IMG/VR virus record: IMGVR_UViG_3300035696_000002
Source of the DNA: a virus
Lineage: Duplodnaviria; Heunggongvirae; Uroviricota; Caudoviricetes
DNA length: 64,000 nt
Reading direction: 5' to 3' (one strand)
A program made the translations under genes and the position numbers. Below, piece by piece: positions 50,179-60,739 of this stretch (position 1 is the stretch's first letter; each line of letters starts with the position of its first letter). The notes below the pieces were generated by a model that saw only the letters and a list, made by a program, of their open reading frames with translations, had not been told where the DNA came from and ran no database searches.

Positions 50179-53100
50179 TTATTCTTCCGTCCACTCAATC
50201 CAAACATCGCCAATGGGCGTCGTACCCACAGCACTGACGCAGATACCGATAAAGTCGGACGTGCCGCGTAAGACCAAGGTCTGATCGTTATTGATCCCAA
50301 AGTTCCACTCGATGAGGGGGATGTCTACGCTGACTGCTGCGGTCACGATTTCATAACGTTCAGTTGCGAGCACGTATACGTTCGTTGCGGTGGTGATAGC
50401 CGATGTGGTTGCGAACACAGTTGCAGTGTTGGCTGCATTGTTGGTATCCAACTTGCCAACTGTGACGCCGCCCGTACCCGCACCGCCGCCTGAAATCGCC
50501 GAGAAGCGGCGAAGGATAACGTCGCATGCAGTGCCAGTTCCCGCCGATGCGGAGAAGCGGATTTTTGTGATACGGACGGTCTTGGTGCTGCTCCCCGTGA
50601 CATAAATGGTGGGTATCGTAGATGATCCGAGCAGCGTGTAAGCCACAATGCCCGCACGATAGGTCTGCTTGCGGCCTTCTTGGTTGATGTAATGGCTACC
50701 CGTAGTATCAACCTGCTGGGCAACCTGCTGCCCCGTGGTGAGGGTGGGGGCGGTGGAATTGTAAGTCCCCATCGGGGAGTTCACTGAAGCAGCGTTAACA
50801 GTCGCCCAGTACGGCGTGACTGAACCACCAGCCGTGGTGGTGCTGACTTGCAGACGCAGCCCTGTGTAACCGTACAAAATGATTTTGAACGCACGGTTGG
50901 TTGACGCAACTAGCGTGTAGGGTAATGTAATCGGCAGCAAGCTCGTTGGGTCAATTACGCAGCTTGCGGGAATCGTAGCCCAGTTGATGCCGTCAGCCGT
51001 AACTTGGAATGTGATCGCACCAGCCGAGATACCTGAACCTTGGTCGAGTTGCACCATGTACGCTTGCGGCTGCACGCCGGAGCCGGGGGAGTCAATAGTC
51101 TGGAACGTGCCGGAGGTTGTACCCGCAGCCCATGTGGTACCAGTTGTGAAGTTCTGCCAAGGCTCAGTGAAGACCGGGGCAATGACTTCAACGGATGCAG
51201 GGTTGACAGTCGAGCGTACAAGCACTGTGCCTGTGCCCGACGTAAACGTGGTGCAACGAACACGGAAGTGGGTGAAGCCAGCCGCGATTGTGCTACCTTC
51301 AAAGTTCGTGTTCGGTGAAGCCGCACCTGTAAATGTCGATGCTTCAGAGGACGTACCCGTAAGGTGAATATACTGAGCTTGCCAAGTCGTACCGCCGTCC
51401 GTGGATGCTTCCGTGACAACCGTTCCAACGAGGGTTCCTGACATCTGGACACGCAACGAGGACGCTCCGACAACCGGGAACACAGCAGCGGAGTTTGCAG
51501 TTGGAGTCCCTGAAACTGCGTTCTGACCGTTTGCCCACGTGACAGACGTGGAGGCCGCGTCAGCAGCGGTGATGTTGATGGCGTTCGATGTGTTGTCGGT
51601 GTAGACGCTCTCAGTAGTACCGAACGAACCACCACCCATAACCATCGTGATGTTCGTGGCATTGGTGGTGTTTAGAACTTCAGCTTGGTAGTTCCAGTTG
51701 GTCGCGTAAGTCCATGGCGTCGTGCCTTGGTTCGGCACAACGATGGTGTGCATCACAACCCAGTTGCCATCGGGGCTAAACACTTCAAGAACAATTGATG
51801 CCGCACCCAACCAGCCGCCACGCAGACGGTACAGGTTTAGGTTCGTTAGGGTCAGGGCTGTTGGAGTGCCGCCCTGAGTGAATTTCGAACCAGATGACCC
51901 CGTGCACTGATCGCCACTGAAGCTCGCACGAGCAACGGATGGGGCGGAGTTGGCCGAGAAGCTGCCCTGTCCCGTTCCAGCCTTGAAATAAGAGATACCG
52001 AATGTCGTACCTTCAAAACCAACGCATACGCCGTTCGTTGGCGTGTTTACTGCACCTGTAAGAGCACCGATACGCTGATGGGATGCTGCCACACCCGTAG
52101 TGAATGCCGCCGTGAAATAGAAATACCACTCGTGCGACACACGGTAGTTCATTCCATACGTGGATTGCAGGTTGGCACTGGTGCTCGCTGCCGCAGTCGT
52201 TGCAAGGGTGACCGAGCCATTGCTGTAGGTTGCAGTGCCCGTCGTACCTGTCAACTGGGTTAAAGCAGTGTTCTGTCCTTCGGAGAAGTCCTGTTGCCAT
52301 TGCGAGTTGCGGATGCAGTGGATGATGTCACCGAAAGAATCCAATGAACCATTCTCAGCGATCTTCAGGTTGCCGAGAATGTCCATCTGCAACTGTGCGG
52401 GCATACCCTGCGAATATGTAGTGGAGGCGTTGTCCTGCTGTACGGCAGCGGCGACAACCAGTGGCTCACCGATGTAATCATCGTCAATCTGGACACGGTC
52501 TGTGTCGATGAAGTAGGTGTAGTCAACCAATAAACTCGTGGAGCTAACGGGGGCAGTGCCGCCGTTTAATGTGTAGTAAACCACCTGCATCGCATTGTAT
52601 GGGCCGGGGATGTGCAGGGTATTCGTGGCAACGACAACACCGTCAATCAGCAGCGTAGCTTGGTTCGCCGAGAGACTGATTGAATACGTGTGGTATGTGC
52701 CCGAGTTGGTGCCGAGCGGGTATGTAAATGCTGTGGTCTGCGTATCTGTCGCAGCCGAGGACGACTGAGTGATGAAGTTGCCCGTTGTGTTGGTCGTACC
52801 TGACAGCGAAACGACAGCAGTGTAGTTCGGCGTGCTGCTCAGGGTATCTTGGAAACCGAAGACCACGGTCTCGTTTGCGATACGCTGAGAGACTTCAACA
52901 TAGGTCTGAAGCAAAAGCGGCAAGTAATCAGCCTGTGCACCGATGATGCCTGTGAACGCCGAGGCCGTAGTGCCTGAGGCAATTGTCAGGACAGAACTTG
53001 CGACGGCGAACGAACCACCGGAACCTGTTAAAGTACGCCAGTTCGTTACCTGACCCGCAGCGGTGGTCGCGGTACCCGGATAGTTGGATACGAGTTGCCC

Positions 53101-55191
53101 CTCGGATGTGTTGACGATGTAGTTGAGTTGCGTCCAGTCGGTTTCTGGATCGGACGAAATCTTGATATACTGACCGATCTTGATCGCCGTGCCGTTGCCA
53201 TTACCGAACTCTGGCGAGGCGGACGTGACAAGAGCAGAGCTTGCCGTAGTGGTGATGTTGGCCCCGATGGTTGTGTTCAGCGATGTACCTGAGAAGTCAT
53301 CGCGGAAAGAACCTTCGTCCGTAAACACCGCACTACGTGTGATGGAGTTGCCGACAGCGTCGATAGCTTCACTGGATGAAAGCGTGGTGCCATAGTTACC
53401 GGGGTCAGGCACAAAACCAGACGTAATCAGAGCATTGTTGTCAACCTGTAATTGTCCCGTCGTGTTCAAGCTCAGCGGATTTAACGTAGCGTTGCTGTAG
53501 GCTGCTTGTGCTGAGGTTGTCCAGCCGCCCGCCATCGAAACCAGCGGCGGCTCGCTCGCGGTACCGATCAAACCACTGGTAAGGGTGGAAGGGTCGCCGA
53601 TCTCGTTTGCACGTAGTGTGCAGGTTGCGGTGCCCGACGTGAAGGCCGACACGCGGACGCGATAGTTGGATGCACCCGCCACACCGATAATACTCTTTGA
53701 GGTTGCGGTGTTGGATGAACTGAAAACAATAGTTTGCTGGATGACGTTGGTCGTCGGGTCGTTGAAGTAGGTGCCGACCCATGTCGTACCGCCGTCCAAA
53801 GAGCATTCAGCAATGATGGTGCCGATAAGAGTTCCAGCCGCCAAGAACATGCCGACGTGGGTGTAACCAAAAGCGTTAATCGTTGCAGCGGCGTTCAGGG
53901 CGTTCAGGGTACCCGGTGTACCAACCAAGTCTGCAAGGGCACCAGAGGAGAACGAACCTGTGACTTTCAGGTTTCCGTTAAGGTCAGTTTGGAGGGCGGT
54001 GAGATCACCAGAAGTGATTGTCGGGGCCGCAGAGTTGTACACACCGCCGACCTGAATTACGTTTGCAGGTGCGGTTGTGTTCTGGGCCGCATCTACGATG
54101 CCGCCAGCATTGCCAACGATGCGAGTTGTCCACGTCCCGGACTGTTGAGCAACCACACTTAAGCTGGCGTTGGTAATGAACGCCTCAGGGGGTGCAATAT
54201 AGCTCGTCGATGACTGAACGGTGACGTTGCCCGTGCCAGTGATGGCAGCCGTTAAACGGAGCCGCAGGTAGGGGTAGCTGCGGACATCGAATGTTAGAGC
54301 GAACGGAGTTGCCAGACCGTTGAGGCCGAAACTGGAAAGGTTTGTCTGTCCCCCGTTTTCCAGCCCGCTGATCGAGAACCAGTTGGTGCCGTCCAAGCTG
54401 GCATCGAATACCACAGTACCGCCTGTCAGCGAGCCGCTAGGAACAAACGTAGTTGTTACGGAACCCAGAATCGTGTTCGTAATAATATTCTGCGTAGCAC
54501 CGTTGGTACCGTTCGTCGAGTTCCAAACGATGACGGAGGTGTTTGTGCCTCCCGGCATGTTCGTGACAGAAGCGTTGACGCCGAACACGTTCCCGGTCGG
54601 AGCCGTACCGTAGGCTGTGACGGTTCCAGTGAGGGCCGTGCCGTTGAACGAAGTAATGTCTGTCTGAGCCGCATAGACCGTCCCGGTCGGGTTGACACCT
54701 GTACGGCCTCGGAGAGTACCACCGATGTTGACACCCTGATAGTCTGCCGAAGCTGGGACAGCCGACCCTGTTGCCGAAGCCGCTGCGTTGCCGCTGGAGC
54801 CGCCCGTGATGTTGACATTCAGTGATGAGCCCGTAGCAGTGAGAGCAGTTCCAGTCGCGTAAAGGTTGGTGGGCGGAACTGGTGTAGCGGAAGAGGACGT
54901 TACCGCCCCCGAGGTAAAGAGCAAATCGACTTCGAACGTGTACTGCACGTTGTTCGTCGGTGCAGCCGTGAACGTGATAGTGATGTTCCCGTTTGCGTCT
55001 ACTACTGCACTGGTGATCGCAATCGGAGGATTTGGGACTAGAACAGCAGACGGAACAGTGCCGTTGGCGACGGGCGGGTTAGAGCCGCCGACGCCGTTCT
55101 GATAGAGGTTCTGTGCCGGGAAGACGAAAGTCGTTGAGCTTCCATCTCCCAGCAGTGTGATCTCAATTGGAACTAACTGCCGTATTGCCAT
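50179..55191 (-). CDS. giant fibre-like structural protein (1670 aa)
   Basis: Uninterrupted 5 kb ORF; the paralogous N-terminus MAIRQLVPIEITLLGDGSSTTFVF; highly T/S/G/A/N/V-rich; several copies of the ...DG-x-NW...ITGTGxVTV domain. Confidence 0.65.
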   Translation of the reverse strand: MAIRQLVPIEITLLGDGSSTTFVFPAQNLYQNGVGGSNPPVANGTVPSAVLVPNPPIAITSAVVDANGNITITFTAAPTNNVQYTFEVDLLFTSGAVTSSSATPVPPTNLYATGTALTATGSSLNVNITGGSSGNAAASATGSAVPASADYQGVNIGGTLRGRTGVNPTGTVYAAQTDITSFNGTALTGTVTAYGTAPTGNVFGVNASVTNMPGGTNTSVIVWNSTNGTNGATQNIITNTILGSVTTTFVPSGSLTGGTVVFDASLDGTNWFSISGLENGGQTNLSSFGLNGLATPFALTFDVRSYPYLRLRLTAAITGTGNVTVQSSTSYIAPPEAFITNASLSVVAQQSGTWTTRIVGNAGGIVDAAQNTTAPANVIQVGGVYNSAAPTITSGDLTALQTDLNGNLKVTGSFSSGALADLVGTPGTLNALNAAATINAFGYTHVGMFLAAGTLIGTIIAECSLDGGTTWVGTYFNDPTTNVIQQTIVFSSSNTATSKSIIGVAGASNYRVRVSAFTSGTATCTLRANEIGDPSTLTSGLIGTASEPPLVSMAGGWTTSAQAAYSNATLNPLSLNTTGQLQVDNNALITSGFVPDPGNYGTTLSSSEAIDAVGNSITRSAVFTDEGSFRDDFSGTSLNTTIGANITTTASSALVTSASPEFGNGNGTAIKIGQYIKISSDPETDWTQLNYIVNTSEGQLVSNYPGTATTAAGQVTNWRTLTGSGGSFAVASSVLTIASGTTASAFTGIIGAQADYLPLLLQTYVEVSQRIANETVVFGFQDTLSSTPNYTAVVSLSGTTNTTGNFITQSSSAATDTQTTAFTYPLGTNSGTYHTYSISLSANQATLLIDGVVVATNTLHIPGPYNAMQVVYYTLNGGTAPVSSTSLLVDYTYFIDTDRVQIDDDYIGEPLVVAAAVQQDNASTTYSQGMPAQLQMDILGNLKIAENGSLDSFGDIIHCIRNSQWQQDFSEGQNTALTQLTGTTGTATYSNGSVTLATTAAASTSANLQSTYGMNYRVSHEWYFYFTAAFTTGVAASHQRIGALTGAVNTPTNGVCVGFEGTTFGISYFKAGTGQGSFSANSAPSVARASFSGDQCTGSSGSKFTQGGTPTALTLTNLNLYRLRGGWLGAASIVLEVFSPDGNWVVMHTIVVPNQGTTPWTYATNWNYQAEVLNTTNATNITMVMGGGSFGTTESVYTDNTSNAINITAADAASTSVTWANGQNAVSGTPTANSAAVFPVVGASSLRVQMSGTLVGTVVTEASTDGGTTWQAQYIHLTGTSSEASTFTGAASPNTNFEGSTIAAGFTHFRVRCTTFTSGTGTVLVRSTVNPASVEVIAPVFTEPWQNFTTGTTWAAGTTSGTFQTIDSPGSGVQPQAYMVQLDQGSGISAGAITFQVTADGINWATIPASCVIDPTSLLPITLPYTLVASTNRAFKIILYGYTGLRLQVSTTTAGGSVTPYWATVNAASVNSPMGTYNSTAPTLTTGQQVAQQVDTTGSHYINQEGRKQTYRAGIVAYTLLGSSTIPTIYVTGSSTKTVRITKIRFSASAGTGTACDVILRRFSAISGGGAGTGGVTVGKLDTNNAANTATVFATTSAITTATNVYVLATERYEIVTAAVSVDIPLIEWNFGINNDQTLVLRGTSDFIGICVSAVGTTPIGDVWIEWTEE

Positions 55192-55220
55192 GAATCATCC
55201 TTCAATCAGGAATCTGTAGT

Positions 55221-58136
55221 TTAGTATTCGTAACCAATCAGCGTGATCGTGACCGCACCGTTGGTGGTACCGCTCACCATGCTGATGCCAACCTGCTGAC
55301 CGCCTGCGATTTCCATGCCGTCAGGGATACTCTGTTCCGCGTAACCTGCGTTGTTGGTTGAACCGCTGCTGGAGACCAGCAACCCGGCGACAACCTGAGA
55401 TGACGTGGTAACAGTCGTACCTGAACGAACACGAACCTTGACGTACTGAACGGTGGAGTTCGTTTCCTGAACTGAAGCGTACAATCCCTGCAAGCGAAGC
55501 GTCTTACCCGTGGTGACGGTGTAAGTTGTCGCCGCAGCCTGACCCGTGCCGCCCTTGTTGACTGCGATGCTGATGAGGGCTTCTGCCGTGATCGAGGTGA
55601 TTGCGTCAGTGAACCATACCAAGTAGGTACGGCCAGTGTCCTTACCTTCACGAACTGTGAGAGGCCCGGTTGCCGTTGCTTGTGCCGCGTAGCCAACCGT
55701 GACCGTACCCGTACCAGTGATAGCCGGGGACAGACGCACACGGAAGTATTGCCAACCGCTGATGTTGAACGCGAAGCTGATGTACGTCGAAGGCTGGAAC
55801 GCATAGGACGAAACCGCAGAGCCGCCTGCCGGGTTGACGCCGGAGATGAGCACCCAGTTCGAGTTGTCGTTCGAGACTTCGAAGTTGATTGCACCGCCCG
55901 TAAGTGTGGTGGTCTGGTTGAGCGTGACAACCACGGTGTCGTAAGCGAACGTTCCGTTGACCAAGACGACAGCGGTGTTGTTCGTCGTCGCCGAAGTCCA
56001 CGATGCCGCTGCCGTGTTGCTCGTACCTGCCTGACCGACCGCGATAGGCGTGTTCGGGGAGATGCTGACAACCAAGGCTTGGTCAGCAGCGACCGCAGCC
56101 GTGGAAGCGGCCTTGACAGCCGCCGTGTTGCCGCCCTGAACGATGGACGAGAGCAAGCCGTTGCTGGCAGTCATCGCTGCACCGTTTGCAGACGCGATGT
56201 CCGTCAGGATCAAGCCGTGGCTGTCCAACTGGAGGGCAGAGTTCTGACCCGCCGTCAAGGCAGAGGTCGTACCTGTGGCGTTGTTGAACGTGCCGCCGAC
56301 CGAGATGTTGTTTGCGGGGGCCGTAGCAGCCTGTGCCGCATCAAGCGTGACGGCAGTTGCACCCGAGATGGCGACCTTCGCCACACCGTTTGCACCAGTG
56401 ACAACGGCGTTACCGTTGATCTGGGTGAGGTTCTGTGACCATGGAGCACCACCTTGGTTGGCGGTGACAGTGCCGCTCACCGTGACCGTGTTGGTCACGA
56501 ATGAGTTGACGCCCATGACCTCGGTTCCGGTCGGAGCCGTACCGTAGGCGGAAACCGCAGCCGTGATGGCAGTGGTACCGTCAGTGATACGCATGAAGAT
56601 CGGGTTAGCCGTGGTGTTGGCTGCTGCCGTTGCCGAGATCGGCACCGGGTTCGTGGCGGAAACAGCATTGTTGCCAACGAACAATTCGGCATTCGTGCCG
56701 AGAACCTTACCCGTGGCTGCCGTTCCCCACGTGGTGATGGCGTTTGCCGTGAGAACGTTGGTGCCATCCGAGAGGTTGGTGAACAGCGGGTTGGTGCCGC
56801 TGAGTGTCGCACCGTTAACCTGTGCAACGTTGACAGCGAAGTTGCCCGTGCCTGCGTTCGCCGTTACAGTACCAGTTACGGTGACTGTGTTGGTGACGAA
56901 AGCGTTGACTGCACCGACGTTGCCTGCTGGGGCTGTGCCGTAAGCTGTAGCTGCGGTAACCGCTGTGCCGCCCCACTGCGAGATGTTGACAGAGGATGCA
57001 GAAGCAGAAGGTGTGATGATTGCGTAAGGCAGAACCGACCAGTTCGGTGTGACTGTACCTGTGCCCGTAATGGCGGTACTCAGGTTCAAACGAACGGCTT
57101 GGAAGCCCTGCATCTGAATCAAGAATGCTGCGTTCGTGCTGGTGACGAACGTGTACGGGTTCGTCAACTGAGCGAAGGTCTGCGGGTTGAGAAGCTGGGC
57201 GACTGGGATGCTTACCCAGTTCGAGCCGTCATAGGTTCCTTGGAACGTGACCTGACCACCAGTAAAGGTGCCGGATGATTGGTCAAGCTGAACGACGATG
57301 GCCGGGGCACCCAACGGTGCACCGATTGTGGCTGTGCCAGTCGGGTACTGGAATGTGCCGCCAGTGGTGCCAGAGTTCCACGTCGAGCCTGCCTTGGCTT
57401 GAACGCCGGGGAACGAAAGCTGGTTGCCAGATTGATCGGCCTGCAACGACATCGTCTGCCCGTTGGTCGGGGCGGGCTGTGTCGTGTTGTACTGCTGAAG
57501 GACGCCTACACCATTCGTTGGTGCGGTGCCTGCGGCAAGCGTGGCATCAAGAGTTGCACCAGTGTTGCCGACCATGCGGGTCGTCCACGTGCCGCTCTGG
57601 GTTGCTGCGACTGTACCGCTGACTGTGACGGTGTTCGTCACGAATGCGTTGACGCCGATTACGCTGACTGCACCCGGCGAAGTTCCATAGTTCGAAGGTG
57701 AGCCGAGAGCCACGCTGTTCCATTGGGTGATGTTGTCAACCCATGGTGATGTGCTCTGCGTGACTGCGACCGTACCGCTGACGGTCACGGTGCTGGTGCC
57801 GACGAGTGTGACGTTCTGCGTCTGTGTCGGAGAGGAAGACGTTGCACCACCGGAAGTGAAGTACAGGTCAACTTCCAGTGTGTATTGCACACCGTTTGAT
57901 GGGGCCGATGTGAAGGTGATCGTGATGTTGCCATTTGCATCAACCGTCGAAGATGTGATTGGGACTGGCGGGTTGTTGACGACAACCGAACCCGGTGGAA
58001 CAGCAATGCCGGAGCCGTAGGGGATGGAGCCGCCCACGCCGCCCTGATACATATTCTGAAGGGCGTATGTGAATGTGGTAGAGGAGCCATCACCAACCAG
58101 CGTGATGAGAATCGGTACTATCTGTTTAATGGCCAT
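55221..58136 (-). CDS. large fibre-like structural protein (971 aa)
   Basis: N-terminus MAIKQIVPILITLVGDGSSTTFTY, C-terminus ...VTITLIGYEY; internal near-duplicate VTVSGTVAxxQ segments. Confidence 0.65.
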   Translation of the reverse strand: MAIKQIVPILITLVGDGSSTTFTYALQNMYQGGVGGSIPYGSGIAVPPGSVVVNNPPVPITSSTVDANGNITITFTSAPSNGVQYTLEVDLYFTSGGATSSSPTQTQNVTLVGTSTVTVSGTVAVTQSTSPWVDNITQWNSVALGSPSNYGTSPGAVSVIGVNAFVTNTVTVSGTVAATQSGTWTTRMVGNTGATLDATLAAGTAPTNGVGVLQQYNTTQPAPTNGQTMSLQADQSGNQLSFPGVQAKAGSTWNSGTTGGTFQYPTGTATIGAPLGAPAIVVQLDQSSGTFTGGQVTFQGTYDGSNWVSIPVAQLLNPQTFAQLTNPYTFVTSTNAAFLIQMQGFQAVRLNLSTAITGTGTVTPNWSVLPYAIITPSASASSVNISQWGGTAVTAATAYGTAPAGNVGAVNAFVTNTVTVTGTVTANAGTGNFAVNVAQVNGATLSGTNPLFTNLSDGTNVLTANAITTWGTAATGKVLGTNAELFVGNNAVSATNPVPISATAAANTTANPIFMRITDGTTAITAAVSAYGTAPTGTEVMGVNSFVTNTVTVSGTVTANQGGAPWSQNLTQINGNAVVTGANGVAKVAISGATAVTLDAAQAATAPANNISVGGTFNNATGTTSALTAGQNSALQLDSHGLILTDIASANGAAMTASNGLLSSIVQGGNTAAVKAASTAAVAADQALVVSISPNTPIAVGQAGTSNTAAASWTSATTNNTAVVLVNGTFAYDTVVVTLNQTTTLTGGAINFEVSNDNSNWVLISGVNPAGGSAVSSYAFQPSTYISFAFNISGWQYFRVRLSPAITGTGTVTVGYAAQATATGPLTVREGKDTGRTYLVWFTDAITSITAEALISIAVNKGGTGQAAATTYTVTTGKTLRLQGLYASVQETNSTVQYVKVRVRSGTTVTTSSQVVAGLLVSSSGSTNNAGYAEQSIPDGMEIAGGQQVGISMVSGTTNGAVTITLIGYEY

Positions 58137-58146
58137 TGTCTATTCC

Positions 58147-59007
58147 TTATTGTTCGATTCCGCACGCGATTACACGCACGTTGCCAGCATTCAAACTAGA
58201 ACTCAAATTCACGTTGAGAACATTGTTGGGAGCCAAACTCAAATACCCGTTTGACCCTAAGTCAATCCAACCCGGACTCACAGGCTGGAATACCCTCAGT
58301 CCGGTAGAGGGAACGTAAACGTCATGAGCAAAGGGCATCGGTGTCACTCCATCTTGGAAGGAGACCGTAAGCACCCCCTGCAACAACTGCGAGGCATTCT
58401 GCGTAACCTCTACTAAATAACGCTGTAGTCTGAAACTCTTCCCGCTTGCCGGAGTCCAAATCACTGCATTCCCAGCACTTGTGAACTGTCCTGTATAGAA
58501 CACATTAGGCTGGGCCGGGAAGTTGGTGACCGTCACGATGCCGTCAGCATTCTCAGGGTTTTTTGACAGTAGTGTTGAGTAAATCGTGGCTGATCCGGTG
58601 CCGCTGATGGTGACCGAAAGCCGGACACGAGTCTGCTGGAAGCTGCCCGTAACGACTAGGAAGACTGCATCGGTGTTCGCCTGAAGTGTGTACGTACTGG
58701 GCAGCATTGTGAACGTAGCCGGATCAAGGATGAAGCCGGGAGGCATTGCCTGCCAGTTGATGCCGTCATAAGTGCCTTCAAAGACCACGGCCCCACCAGT
58801 GATGGTGGAGGTTTGATTGATCGCAACTGTAGTCGCCTCGAATCCGCCAGTTGTCACGAGACCAACAATGGTGTTGATGAGAGTCGCACTCGTCCATGGA
58901 GCGGCAACGCTGGGGATCGCAGCCGGAGACGCGACAACGTACAGATTGCCGAGTATGTCTACGTTTGCTAGATTTCCGCTACTGCCGCTTTTGATGATGA
59001 TCGACAT
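58147..59007 (-). CDS. structural protein (286 aa) carrying one copy of the shared beta-domain
   Basis: VVFEGTYDGINWQAMPPGF...RVRLSVTISGTGSATI. Confidence 0.55.
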   Translation of the reverse strand: MSIIIKSGSSGNLANVDILGNLYVVASPAAIPSVAAPWTSATLINTIVGLVTTGGFEATTVAINQTSTITGGAVVFEGTYDGINWQAMPPGFILDPATFTMLPSTYTLQANTDAVFLVVTGSFQQTRVRLSVTISGTGSATIYSTLLSKNPENADGIVTVTNFPAQPNVFYTGQFTSAGNAVIWTPASGKSFRLQRYLVEVTQNASQLLQGVLTVSFQDGVTPMPFAHDVYVPSTGLRVFQPVSPGWIDLGSNGYLSLAPNNVLNVNLSSSLNAGNVRVIACGIEQ

Positions 59008-59009
59008 AA

Positions 59010-59810
59010 TTATTGTCCTGTGACGTTAATGAGGTACCTGCCCCACGAATTTTGCGGTGCATAGCTCACCACGTCGAACCCAACACCCGGCACGATATTC
59101 TCTGCATACGCTACGAGGCCTTCAACAATCGTGTCGTCCGGGCTGTGATCTGGCGTCATGCCAGCAAAGGGGTTGCAAAGGATGATGCTGCCAGCGGTCA
59201 CCCACGTCTGCCCGGTGACTGTAGTCCGTGCAATATCGCCCTCATTTCCTGCTGAAAAGCCGAAATCCACTTCCACCTGTAAGAAATTTCCGGTGCCGGA
59301 TGGGGCAGGCTGCCATTGAGCGGTCGTTGAACTTGTGGAGACCAGCGTCTCGTTGGCCCCTGTCGGAGTATTCGTGATGGATACGCCGACCAACTGGTTT
59401 GCATTGACGACGCCTGTGCCAGTAAAGGTGAGCATGGCACCCGAGCCCACGATCATGTCCGCTGTCGTGTTCGTGCCGCTCGTGATGTTGCTGAATGCGG
59501 TCGAGACTGTCCCGGAGCCGCTGATCGTGATACCACCAAAGGCATCGGCGGTGATCGTGATGTTCGGCCCGGCGATGAAGTTGGCGATGTTCTGTACCGG
59601 GGTCGGAGTCCCGTTTACCTCGATCAGGAGACCTGAAGGAATCGGCGGCAGGAGGGAGGGGTCGATTTTCCCATCCGGCCCGAGCAACACGATGTCGCCT
59701 GCCTGAGCCGGGGTTCCACCGACAGAGACCGCAGCCAGCAGCCATTCAGTCCAGAACCGTTGGCCGGGCTTATCTTTTCGATTGACGACAACTGACCAGA
59801 TCGTTTTCAT
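59010..59810 (-). CDS. structural protein (266 aa), beta-rich
   Basis: Track ORF in the same operon; T/S/G/N-rich. Confidence 0.55.
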   Translation of the reverse strand: MKTIWSVVVNRKDKPGQRFWTEWLLAAVSVGGTPAQAGDIVLLGPDGKIDPSLLPPIPSGLLIEVNGTPTPVQNIANFIAGPNITITADAFGGITISGSGTVSTAFSNITSGTNTTADMIVGSGAMLTFTGTGVVNANQLVGVSITNTPTGANETLVSTSSTTAQWQPAPSGTGNFLQVEVDFGFSAGNEGDIARTTVTGQTWVTAGSIILCNPFAGMTPDHSPDDTIVEGLVAYAENIVPGVGFDVVSYAPQNSWGRYLINVTGQ

Positions 59811-60571
59811 TACTGGAACAATGCCTCCATGTCATAGATGAACTTGGAGCCGACAATCCCAGTGAGTTGCCGTGGGGCCTGCGAAGGAGAGACGTTGCTT
59901 TCTGCATAGAACAGCCAGACTGTGCGGGTGTTGGGATCAATGACTTGTGCCCCGCCCGGCTCCGCTGTTGGGCCGTAGGTTGTCAGCGTCACTGTGCCTG
60001 TATCGCTGAGGTTGCTGTAGTCGGCGTGGGTGAACGCGGCGGTGAACGCAGCTTGACCGTAGCTTTCCAGCAACGTGGTGCTCAAGACCGTGACCGTCTG
60101 CCCGTTGAGGAAGGCCTCTGCCGTCCCATTCAGGGTCACCGTTTCCCCTACGCTGAACAGATTAGTAAGGGGAGTGTGCGGGCTGGTGCATGTCACCGTC
60201 AGCACATTGGAAGAAATGGAAGTGGAGACGATATTTGCAACTTGAGTGTAGTTCGCGGTGAACTGAGAACTGGTCGCCGAGGCAACGGTGAGCAAGACCG
60301 TGTTGAGGAAGAACGCATTCGTGAATCCGACCAGCAAAACAACCGAGCCGGGCTTCAGGTTGTTCGGTGTGGTGACGGTCAGCACGCCCCCGGCGTAGGT
60401 AACGCTGGCGACGTTAGGACTGAGGATAATCGGCTGAGTGGCTTCAAGATACTGGAAGGGGAGAGCGACGATGGTCTCACGTCCGGTCGGGTCTAACGTC
60501 GGGTCTGGTTTGTAAATCCAGTAGGCCGCGTGGATAATAGTGTTCGTCTGAAACCCGTACAGGTTCGCCAT
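59810..60571 (-). CDS. structural protein (253 aa), first gene of the minus-strand operon
   Basis: Track ORF; T/S/V-rich. Confidence 0.55.
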   Translation of the reverse strand: MANLYGFQTNTIIHAAYWIYKPDPTLDPTGRETIVALPFQYLEATQPIILSPNVASVTYAGGVLTVTTPNNLKPGSVVLLVGFTNAFFLNTVLLTVASATSSQFTANYTQVANIVSTSISSNVLTVTCTSPHTPLTNLFSVGETVTLNGTAEAFLNGQTVTVLSTTLLESYGQAAFTAAFTHADYSNLSDTGTVTLTTYGPTAEPGGAQVIDPNTRTVWLFYAESNVSPSQAPRQLTGIVGSKFIYDMEALFQ

Positions 60572-60739
60572 GGTGCTCCCAAGTTAAGCCGGGCACACGT
60601 CACCCGTGCGTCCGTGCTGAGCCTGACTTGTGGTTGGGCCGGGCTCTACTTAGGGAGCGAAAAACTGCATTTTCAGCAGCTTGCGATGCCCTTTTGGCAC
60701 TAGCCAAAATGCCCCGAGAACCCGTATACTGTAGATATC

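Noticed and set aside
50984-51662. Plus- and minus-frame ORFs of 92-235 aa lying inside the 1670-aa fibre gene (for example 50984..51367 +, 50955..51662 -)
   Set aside because: They are Arg/Pro/Ser-rich alternative-frame shadows of a high-GC, Thr/Gly-rich coding region. Only the 5 kb frame is uninterrupted and has the paralogous N-terminus.
55274-56827. Several long ORFs (up to 265 aa, both strands) inside the 971-aa fibre gene
   Set aside because: These are the same GC-driven antisense or off-frame artefacts with Arg-rich low-complexity translations.
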